Made by a program: the position numbers and the translations under genes. A stretch of 64,000 nucleotides of DNA. It comes from an uncultured Bacteroidia bacterium. GTDB lineage: Bacteria; Bacteroidota; Bacteroidia; Bacteroidales; CAJPTX01. The notes beneath the pieces were generated by a model, which was given only the letters and a program-made list of their open reading frames with translations, made no database searches and was not told where the DNA came from. Positions 9,032-16,135 of this stretch are shown piece by piece. Position 1 is the first letter of the stretch; each line of letters opens with the position of its first letter. The DNA is taken from contig CAUUCP010000001.1 of NCBI GenBank assembly GCA_963543925.1, positions 73,296-137,295 on the forward strand, written 5' to 3'.

Positions 9032-10201
9032 ATGCGACGTTTCATACAGTTTGTGCTCTCGTTGGTTATCATGCTCTTCATCGGGGCATTTGGCGCGTGG
9101 TTAGCGCTTCGTTATTTCCCAGAATATTTTTCTATACAGACAGGTGCTAGTGTGCGCCCAGCACTCGGGGATACGCTGCGGTGTGCGAGTCCGCGTACCG
9201 ATTTTGAGCAGGCCTTTATCGCTGCGGCAGCGCAGGCCTCCCCTTCGGTGGTGCATGTGCATGTACAATCGATTATCGAGCGAGAGAGTCCCTATAAGGG
9301 CTCGATTTATGAGTTCTTTTTTGGGCCGCAACCCAATATTCAACAGCGCGTCTCTTCGTCGGGGTCAGGGGTTATCGTCTCTTCTGACGGATTGGTGATA
9401 ACCAACAATCACGTGGTGGCGGGGGCTAAGCGTTTGTCCGTTACTCTTACCAATCAAGAGGTTTTGTCTGCCGAGATCGTTGCGCGCGATCCTGCGATAG
9501 ACCTAGCGCTTTTGCGTGTGCATTCTTCCAAGCCTTTGCCAGCGATTCGTTTTGGCGAGGCGGATAGTTTGCGTGTGGGGAGTTGGGTCTTGGCAATTGG
9601 CAACCCGTTTGATTTGGAAACTACCGTCACGGCAGGTATTGTGAGTGCGAAGGCGAGGTCGTTGAATCTTCAATCTGGGCGGGTTGCTATCGAGTCATTT
9701 ATACAAGTTGACGCCGCGGTGAACCCAGGCAATAGTGGCGGGGCATTGGTAAATCTGCAAGGCGAGTTGGTGGGGATCAATACAGCCATTGCCTCGCCGA
9801 CGGGGTCATTCGCAGGCTATGCTTTTAGTATCCCTGAGAATATAGTGCGGGACTTCCTTGATAATGTAAAGGAACGTGCCCAGCTTTCTGAGCGTGGTAA
9901 AGTTGAGCGTGGTGTCTTGGGGGTGGTGCTCACAGAGCTTCGTCCACATCTTGCAAAGGCGTTGACCGATGGTAAGAAAGAGGGGGTGGTGATAGCTCAG
10001 GTTCGTGTGGGGAGTGCAGCTGCCGAGGCGGGCTTACAGCAAGGAGACGTTTTGGTCGCGATTGATGGTACGAGGTTGAAGTCTGTGTCGCAGGTCAACC
10101 GTCTTTTGGCAAGAAAGAGTCCTGGGACGAGGGTACGTGTGACCTACGTACGTGCCAAGGTAGAGAGTACAGTGGATGTAATCTTGAAAGCGAGTGAGTA
10201 A
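9032..10201 (+). CDS. htrA: HtrA/DegP-family serine protease (S1C) with a single PDZ domain
   Basis: N-terminal TM anchor, catalytic triad contexts TNNHV / DLALL / GNSGGAL, and one PDZ (GVVIAQVRVGSAAAEAGLQQGDVLVAIDG). Confidence 0.85.
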   Translation: MRRFIQFVLSLVIMLFIGAFGAWLALRYFPEYFSIQTGASVRPALGDTLRCASPRTDFEQAFIAAAAQASPSVVHVHVQSIIERESPYKGSIYEFFFGPQPNIQQRVSSSGSGVIVSSDGLVITNNHVVAGAKRLSVTLTNQEVLSAEIVARDPAIDLALLRVHSSKPLPAIRFGEADSLRVGSWVLAIGNPFDLETTVTAGIVSAKARSLNLQSGRVAIESFIQVDAAVNPGNSGGALVNLQGELVGINTAIASPTGSFAGYAFSIPENIVRDFLDNVKERAQLSERGKVERGVLGVVLTELRPHLAKALTDGKKEGVVIAQVRVGSAAAEAGLQQGDVLVAIDGTRLKSVSQVNRLLARKSPGTRVRVTYVRAKVESTVDVILKASE

Positions 10202-10775
10202 CGCTGTAAAAGCGGAGGATGAGGCGGCTTTTGGAATGTCGCCTACTCTCCTCTACAAGAGCCGATTGGGAATAGAGAAGGGGAGTCTGAGTTGGTTGGC
10301 GAAGTTCCTAGACGCGCACCGTGCTTTGGTTTATGCTTTGGTACAAGAGTATTACGTGCCTCCGTTGGATCTTCAAGGGCTGGTGCAGGTCGCCAATGTG
10401 GGGTTGCTTCATGCTTTGGAACAAGTGCTAGATAGTCGCTCGAGTGTTCGGTTTTATACCATGGTAGGGGGGGATATTCGTGCCGCTCTGAGCCGCTTTA
10501 TAGAGACAACGCATCGCGTTGAGAGGGTCTCCTATCTCTATCTAGGGCATTACGCGACCTTGGCGGGAGGTACGGAGGTACTCTTAGTTCGTGAACCGCT
10601 CCTTCATCATTGTAAGTTAACTATCGGAGATGAGATTCTTACGATCAATCACCAAGAGGTGCATTCTGTAGGCGATGTCAATGCTATGCTACAAGGTGTG
10701 AGTTCTGGAGAAGCGTTCTCGCTAAGTTATTTGCATGCGGGAGAATTGTTGCATGATTCTATGAGATGTGAATAA
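10194..10775 (+). CDS. hypothetical protein: N-terminal sigma-70 region-2-like segment plus C-terminal PDZ-like domain
   Basis: 193-aa ORF with a GTG start overlapping the htrA stop (alternative ATG at 10236). The C-terminus KLTIGDEILTINHQEVHSVGDVNAMLQGVSSGEAFSLSYLHAGELL is PDZ-like. The N-terminal similarity to sigma region 2 is by eye only. Confidence 0.45.
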   Translation: MSNAVKAEDEAAFGMSPTLLYKSRLGIEKGSLSWLAKFLDAHRALVYALVQEYYVPPLDLQGLVQVANVGLLHALEQVLDSRSSVRFYTMVGGDIRAALSRFIETTHRVERVSYLYLGHYATLAGGTEVLLVREPLLHHCKLTIGDEILTINHQEVHSVGDVNAMLQGVSSGEAFSLSYLHAGELLHDSMRCE

Positions 10776-10992
10776 ATCCTGTGGGAGTATAATACTAAGA
10801 CAGTGAACACGTTAATAGAGAGAAATGAGGTACGGTATGGCTTCCATTGCAACATTTAGGACAATTAGACGTTATAAAAGCCATAGAGAAAATAAGGAAT
10901 TTCTAAGAATGTGAGCGTTTTCGTGTATGAGAGTGTGTGTCTTGTTGTTCTAGTCATCTTTGTCGTTTTAATAACCCCTTAAGTATATCGGT

Positions 10993-11853
10993 ATGAGGCA
11001 ACTCAAAATCTCTAAGTCTATAACTAACCGCGAGAGCGCTTCGCTGGATAAATATCTGCAGGAGATCGGTAAGGAGGATCTTATTTCTGCAGAGGAGGAG
11101 GTCGAGCTCGCGCAACGTATTCGCAAAGGCGATCACGAGGCGCTGGAGAAGCTCACGCGTGCCAATCTCCGTTTCGTGGTTTCGGTGGCAAAACAATATC
11201 AAAATCAAGGGTTAACCCTCCCTGACCTTATCAACGAGGGTAACCTAGGGCTTATTCGTGCAGCGGAGAAGTTTGATGAAACCCGAGGGTTTAAGTTCAT
11301 CTCCTACGCAGTATGGTGGATTCGTCAATCGATCCTTCAGGCTTTGGCCGAACAGTCCCGTATCGTTCGTTTGCCGTTGAACCAAGTGGGGGCTTTGAAT
11401 AAGATCAACAAGGCTATCGCAAAGTTTGAACAGGAACAGGAGCGTGCCCCTTCGGTCGATGAGTTGGCAAAGGAGACCAATATGCCTAAGGAGAAGATCG
11501 CCGACAGTTTGCGGGTTTCGGGACGTCACGTTTCTATTGATGCGCCCTTTGTCGAAGGGGAAGAGAATAGTCTGTTGGACGTGCTCACGAATCCAGATTC
11601 CCCTAAGGCCGATAATACGCTCTTACAAGAAAGTCTCCGTAAGGAGATAGATCGCGCACTGGCTACTTTGGGAGATCGCGAGAGTGCTATCATACGTTCT
11701 TTCTTCGGTATTGGCTGTCCAGAACAGACCTTGGAAGAGATCTCGGAAAAGTTTAAGCTTACTCGTGAACGAGTGCGACAGATTAAGGAGAAGGCTATCC
11801 GCCGTCTTCGTCACTCCAGTCGTTCGAAGAATCTGAAAGCTTATTTAGGTTAG
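10993..11853 (+). CDS. rpoD: primary RNA polymerase sigma factor (Bacteroidota sigma-A type)
   Basis: 286 aa with regions 2-4 present ([51 protein letters not shown]) and no region 1.1. Confidence 0.9.
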   Translation: MRQLKISKSITNRESASLDKYLQEIGKEDLISAEEEVELAQRIRKGDHEALEKLTRANLRFVVSVAKQYQNQGLTLPDLINEGNLGLIRAAEKFDETRGFKFISYAVWWIRQSILQALAEQSRIVRLPLNQVGALNKINKAIAKFEQEQERAPSVDELAKETNMPKEKIADSLRVSGRHVSIDAPFVEGEENSLLDVLTNPDSPKADNTLLQESLRKEIDRALATLGDRESAIIRSFFGIGCPEQTLEEISEKFKLTRERVRQIKEKAIRRLRHSSRSKNLKAYLG

Positions 11854-11881
11854 TGGTGGGGTGTATTGGAAAAAACGAATA

Positions 11882-11919
11882 AGGCGATGCTTCCGAGGGT
11901 GGGAGCGTCGCCTTTTTTA
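11882..11919 (+). terminator. rho-independent terminator of rpoD
   Basis: Stem aggcgatgc (11882-11890) pairs with gcgtcgcct (11905-11913, one G-U pair) and is followed by a T6 run. Confidence 0.7.
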
Positions 11920-11980
11920 TTAGAGCGTTTGGAGGGGGGCGTGCGTCTTCGAACGTGTAATCCCTGTCGATATAAAGTGG

Positions 11981-12296
11981 GTAATAGTTGCCTATTTTGC
12001 CGCCTACCGCCCGCTCGTTCTCCCTCCATTACACACTACCACTTTAGAAAATCCTAAACGAGTAGTTTATACAACTTACTAGATAATACGGTATAAAAAT
12101 AATGAAATACGTCTATAATAGGGGCTATTTTTCTACCGAATTTACAGGGTATACAAAGGGTATACAAGCGGTCTACAAGGATGACAAAAGGATGTCAAAA
12201 AGGCACTACACACGATCTACCCCTATCCCACTCCGTAGGTAGTATAGCAATTTAGGAATATACAAAGATTTATACGCGATCCCAATCTCCTACCAG
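11981..12296 (+). repeat. copy A of a ~320-bp non-coding repeat element (inverted partner at 24251..24585)
   Basis: It aligns colinearly with the reverse complement of 24251-24585. This includes a 29-nt exact block (12019-12047) and a 15-nt exact block (12135-12149). Confidence 0.85.
12136..12224 (+). repeat. phased 11-bp direct-repeat array within copy A (about 8 units)
   Basis: Units: ccgaatttaca / gggtatacaaa / gggtatacaag / cggtctacaag / gatgacaaaag / gatgtcaaaaag / gcactacacac / gatctacccct. Confidence 0.75.
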
Positions 12297-12390
12297 CCCC
12301 CGCGGTGCTTACACACTCTTACAGACACACCATCTCCTTTTTAGGATTGTATCCCTTGTACACGGATAGTTCCTTTGGGGATATTAAGGT

Positions 12391-12951
12391 TTAGGAATTG
12401 AGTAGTAAATCGATAACAAAGGGCAGGTAGCGATGCTCGAGACTGTGGATGCGTTCGGCGAGCGAGTCTGGGGTGTCATTGGGTAAGACGGGGCAAGAGG
12501 CTTGTAGGATGGGGGCGCCCGTGTCGTACTGTTCGTCTACATAGTGGATGGTAATCCCTGAATACGAGGCGCGTGCGGCAAGTACGGCTTCGTGTACGTG
12601 CTCGCCGAACATTCCTTTTCCACCAAAGTTGGGGAGGAGGGCTGGGTGGAGGTTGATAATCCGGCGGGTGTACTGTTGGGGTATTTCTGGCGGTATAAGG
12701 GCTAAATAACCCGCTAAAACGATAAAGTCGATAGAATATTCCTTTAGAATGTTTAGGAGCGCGTTAGGCGTTGTTTTGCGCGAAATGAGCGTTGTAGGAA
12801 TACCGTACTGTTGCGCTCGATGGATAACGTAAGCCTCTGGCTTATTTACGACGATCACGGCCACACGAGCATAAGATGCACCTGATAGGTGATCTAAGAT
12901 GGCTTGGGCATTCGTCCCATTGCCAGAAGCGAAAATAGCGATATTCTTCAT
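12391..12951 (-). CDS. purN: phosphoribosylglycinamide formyltransferase
   Basis: 186 aa with IAIFASGNGTNAQAIL and NLHPALLP motifs. Confidence 0.85.
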   Translation of the reverse strand: MKNIAIFASGNGTNAQAILDHLSGASYARVAVIVVNKPEAYVIHRAQQYGIPTTLISRKTTPNALLNILKEYSIDFIVLAGYLALIPPEIPQQYTRRIINLHPALLPNFGGKGMFGEHVHEAVLAARASYSGITIHYVDEQYDTGAPILQASCPVLPNDTPDSLAERIHSLEHRYLPFVIDLLLNS

Positions 12952-13007
12952 CGGTATATGATTGAGTAGGTTACTCTACTTGGACACTAAATTAGAAATT
13001 TTCTTCT

Positions 13008-13015
13008 TACCTTTG
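13008..13015 (+). promoter_or_regulatory. candidate -7 promoter box (TAnnTTTG) for acpP-fabF
   Basis: tacctttg is an exact match, 75 nt upstream of the acpP ATG. Confidence 0.35.
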
Positions 13016-13089
13016 CGAGGTAAGTTTTTGTTTCTGTGCTGTGAAACAAAAATAGTATGCTTAATGTTTTAAGTAGAAAAGAAACGACA

Positions 13090-13329
13090 ATGAGTGTAGC
13101 AGAAAAGGTAAAAGACATAATTGTAGAGAAGTTGGGTGTAGAACGCAGTGCAGTGGTAGATACCGCTAGCTTTACCAATGACTTGGGTGCGGATTCCTTG
13201 GACACCGTAGAGCTTATTATGGACTTGGAAAAAGCTTTTAGCATCACCATTCCCGACGAAGAGGCTGAAAAGATTAAGACTGTGGCAGACGCCATTTCGT
13301 ACGTAGAAGCTCACGCTCCACAGGCTTAG
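13090..13329 (+). CDS. acpP: acyl carrier protein
   Basis: Phosphopantetheine-site motif [14 protein letters not shown]. The start is trimmed to the ATG giving [17 protein letters not shown]. Confidence 0.9.
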   Translation: MSVAEKVKDIIVEKLGVERSAVVDTASFTNDLGADSLDTVELIMDLEKAFSITIPDEEAEKIKTVADAISYVEAHAPQA

Positions 13330-13393
13330 TTTCCATTCTCGGCAGTGGGAGTATCAAAGAGGAGTTTGAAAATCAATTTTAAGGACGTAGGGA

Positions 13394-14650
13394 ATGGAGC
13401 TTAAACGAGTCGTTGTGACGGGGTTGGGAGCACTCACCCCCATTGGGAATAACTTGGCAGAATACTGGGATGCGTTGAAGAACGGTCGTAGTGGCGCAGC
13501 TCCGATCCGTGGTTTTGATGCGAGCAAATTCAAGACCACCTTCGCTTGCGAGTTGAAGGGGTTTGATGGAGCGGCGCATTTCGATCGCAAGGAGATACGC
13601 AAACTCGATCTCTATTCCCAATATGCGTTGGTCGCTGCCGAGCAAGCCGTGCTGGATGCTGGCTTGTCGGCGGGAGAAGGGGTCAAGGCGGAGCGTGTTG
13701 GAGTTATCTGGGGGTCGGGGATCGGAGGTATACATACCTTCTGGAATGAAGCGGAGGAGTTCTTCAAGGGAGATGGTACGCCGCGCTTCAATCCGTTCTT
13801 TATCCCTAAGATGATCTCGGATATCGCGGCGGGGCTCATTGCGATGAAGTATGGCTTCCGCGGTCCAAACTATACCACGGTTTCGGCTTGTGCATCGTCT
13901 ACACACGCCTTGGTCGACGCTACGAATCTGATCCGTCTAGGCAAGGCTGACGTCTTCGTCTCGGGAGGATCTGAGGCTGCGATCAATCCGTCGGGACTCG
14001 GTGGTTTTAGTTCTATGCAAGCGCTCTCTACTCGGAACGATGATCCTGCAACTGCTTCTCGCCCCTTTGACAAAGACCGCGATGGCTTTGTACTGGGCGA
14101 AGGTGCTGGGGCGTTGATTCTCGAAGAGTATGAACATGCCAAAGCTCGCGGAGCTAAGATCTATGCAGAAATCGTCGGAACGGGCATGACAGCCGATGCG
14201 TATCACCTGACAGCACCTCACCCCGAGGGGTTGGGCGCCGCGGCGGTGATGCGTCTTGCGCTCGAAGAAGCGGGGATTCAACCCGAGGAGGTGGATTATA
14301 TCAACGTCCACGGGACCTCTACCCCAGCTGGCGATTTGCCAGAACTAAGAGCCGTGCAGAATGTCTTCGGTGAGGCTGCAAAGAAACTCAATATTAGTTC
14401 AACGAAGTCTATGACGGGGCATCTTCTAGGGGCTGCAGGTGCGATAGAGTCTGTGGCGTGTATCATGGCGATACAGCACTCTCTGATCCCACCGACCATC
14501 AATCTTCAGAACCGTGACGAGGCTATCGATCCCGAGTTGCAGTTGACGCCCAACAAAGCAGTTGAACGTAAGGTTAGGTATGCTCTTTCCAATACTTTTG
14601 GTTTTGGTGGGCATAACTCATCTTTAATATTCAAGGCTTACGAACTCTAG
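13394..14650 (+). CDS. fabF: 3-oxoacyl-ACP synthase II
   Basis: 418 aa with active-site context ACASS, HGTSTPAGD and GHLLGAAG. Confidence 0.9.
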   Translation: MELKRVVVTGLGALTPIGNNLAEYWDALKNGRSGAAPIRGFDASKFKTTFACELKGFDGAAHFDRKEIRKLDLYSQYALVAAEQAVLDAGLSAGEGVKAERVGVIWGSGIGGIHTFWNEAEEFFKGDGTPRFNPFFIPKMISDIAAGLIAMKYGFRGPNYTTVSACASSTHALVDATNLIRLGKADVFVSGGSEAAINPSGLGGFSSMQALSTRNDDPATASRPFDKDRDGFVLGEGAGALILEEYEHAKARGAKIYAEIVGTGMTADAYHLTAPHPEGLGAAAVMRLALEEAGIQPEEVDYINVHGTSTPAGDLPELRAVQNVFGEAAKKLNISSTKSMTGHLLGAAGAIESVACIMAIQHSLIPPTINLQNRDEAIDPELQLTPNKAVERKVRYALSNTFGFGGHNSSLIFKAYEL

Positions 14651-14696
14651 TAAATTGGGTCGTTCGGTCACGTTATTTCGGACGACCTTCCGTAGG

Positions 14697-14738
14697 GTCT
14701 GTTCTTTTCTCTCTAGGAGAGGAGAACAGACTTTTTTT
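14697..14738 (+). terminator. strong hairpin plus T7 run between fabF and rnc (terminator or rnc leader stem-loop)
   Basis: gtctgttct (14697-14705) pairs with agaacagac (14723-14731), followed by T7 (14732-14738) and then the rnc ATG at 14739. A second hairpin lies upstream: ggtcgttcg (14658-14666) pairs with cggacgacc (14679-14687). Confidence 0.6.
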
Positions 14739-15410
14739 ATGCCTTTGCTGCGCGAGCATTTTGGAATAAAAAAGGTTCACACCTCTAGCTATTACGTCTC
14801 TGCGCTCACGCACAGCTCTTTTTATGCCGAACACGCACAGGTTACAGCCTCACTAAACGAACGCCTCGAGTTCTTAGGAGATGCTGTCCTCGAGTTGGTC
14901 GTTTCCTCTTATCTCTACGAACGTTTCCCTTCAATAGACGAAGGAAAGTTGACCCGTTTTCGTGCCAACATTGTTTGCCGAGAGAGTTTGAATGCCTTAG
15001 CCAACTCTATACAATTGGGAAGTTACCTGCGGGCAAGCTTTCCAGTGAAACAATTGAGTATTGATGCTTTAGGTAATGCCTACGAGGCGCTTGTAGGGGC
15101 TATCTACCTAGATCAAGGTTTTGAGAAGACCCAGCGTATACTAGTCAAACACCTATTAGAGACTTCGCTTATCGATTGGACGCTCTTGCAGGGCGAGCTC
15201 TACGACTATCGTTCTTTGGTACTCCACTGGTCGCAGCGCGAGAAGAAGAAGGTAGACTTCGTCTATAACGAGATTAGTCACTCCCCTTCTCTATTCGAGT
15301 GTTTAATTTACGTAGACGATGTCATCGCAGCCACCGCGAAGGGGCGTAACAAGAAGCTCGCAGGACAAGAGGCTTGCAAATTGCTTGTCGAACAGTATGA
15401 GCTTAATTAG
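14739..15410 (+). CDS. rnc: ribonuclease III
   Basis: Signature NERLEFLGDAVLE and a dsRBD-like C-terminus. The ORF opens with TTG at 14655, and the first ATG at 14739 is used here. Confidence 0.85.
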   Translation: MPLLREHFGIKKVHTSSYYVSALTHSSFYAEHAQVTASLNERLEFLGDAVLELVVSSYLYERFPSIDEGKLTRFRANIVCRESLNALANSIQLGSYLRASFPVKQLSIDALGNAYEALVGAIYLDQGFEKTQRILVKHLLETSLIDWTLLQGELYDYRSLVLHWSQREKKKVDFVYNEISHSPSLFECLIYVDDVIAATAKGRNKKLAGQEACKLLVEQYELN

Positions 15411-15969
15411 GAACTTCGATGCGGAGATCTCCAGTCTCTAACCAATTCCGCGCCACAGAGTAGGGATTGTAGATGATTCGCTGGTTGGAACTCCCACGGA
15501 AAAGAAGCTCCTCCCCTCCATTCACTTCATTGATTATATCTTGGTCGCGAATCTCTTTTATAAAGGGACCGTCGACGAGGACGTCTATGTATTCCAAAGG
15601 TGCAAGTAATACAGACGACCGAGCAAGGGACTCTAGAGTATATCCCGTATAGCACCAGATATTTGCCCCCGTACGTCCCTTGAGAATCTTTAATAGAGCT
15701 AGTAAGCCGCTAGGATTGAAGAATGGATCTCCTCCAGAGAGCGTAATGCCCGAAAGAAGAGGATTGTCCAAGATGTTCTGTATATGCTTCTCCAGCACCT
15801 CGTCTGTGAGCAACTGACCAACCGCTGGATTCCAACTCTCTGGATTTTGACAAAAAGGACACTGGTGGCGACAACCAGAGAGATAGAACGAATAGCGTAG
15901 CCCATCGCCGTCAATAATCGTCTCCTCATACACGCGCAACAAACGTAGTCCGTAATCCGCTAGTTTCAT
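15403..15969 (-). CDS. nrdG: anaerobic ribonucleoside-triphosphate reductase activating protein (radical SAM)
   Basis: CRHQCPFCQN cluster, about 188 aa, directly downstream of nrdD. Confidence 0.85.
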   Translation of the reverse strand: MKLADYGLRLLRVYEETIIDGDGLRYSFYLSGCRHQCPFCQNPESWNPAVGQLLTDEVLEKHIQNILDNPLLSGITLSGGDPFFNPSGLLALLKILKGRTGANIWCYTGYTLESLARSSVLLAPLEYIDVLVDGPFIKEIRDQDIINEVNGGEELLFRGSSNQRIIYNPYSVARNWLETGDLRIEVPN

Positions 15970-16059
15970 TTTTCAGTACCCCTCCTCCTGAGCTTAAACC
16001 CAAGATAAAGTTACCAACTTCCCAAGAAAGAACAAAACCGTGCTACATGCTACGCATAG

Positions 16060-16095
16060 AAAAAGCGGATATCTCTCCAAAGAGGGGTATCCGCT
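16060..16095 (-). terminator. hairpin plus U-run between nrdD and nrdG (partial terminator or attenuator)
   Basis: On the minus strand, agcggata pairs with tatccgct and is followed by ttttt. The stem spans plus-strand coordinates 16064-16095 and the A-run spans 16060-16064. Confidence 0.5.
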
Positions 16096-16135
16096 TCTTC
16101 TTTTATAGCCTCCTTCTGAGGCGGCTCGCTAAGGA

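Noticed and set aside
9032-10775. htrA plus the PDZ ORF as a single two-PDZ HtrA split by a frameshift
   Set aside because: The combined length would be about 580 aa. The ~110 aa preceding the second PDZ do not look like an HtrA inter-PDZ linker, and the downstream frame opens only 2 codons before its GTG. A simple split is not supported, though homologue comparison should confirm this.
11866-12057. 63-aa ORF downstream of rpoD
   Set aside because: It spans the rpoD terminator and the start of repeat copy A. It has no counterpart in copy B and its composition is odd (Cys/Arg-rich). It is treated as non-coding.
13379-13906. Long antisense or overlapping ORFs inside well-supported genes (e.g. 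13379..13906, 3146..3598, 6145..6537, 22212..22673, 28252..28719, 60321..60914, 5852..6181)
   Set aside because: They lie fully within or opposite genes with clear family motifs. They have Arg/Ser/Pro-rich or low-complexity composition typical of shadow ORFs, and they lack independent start contexts.
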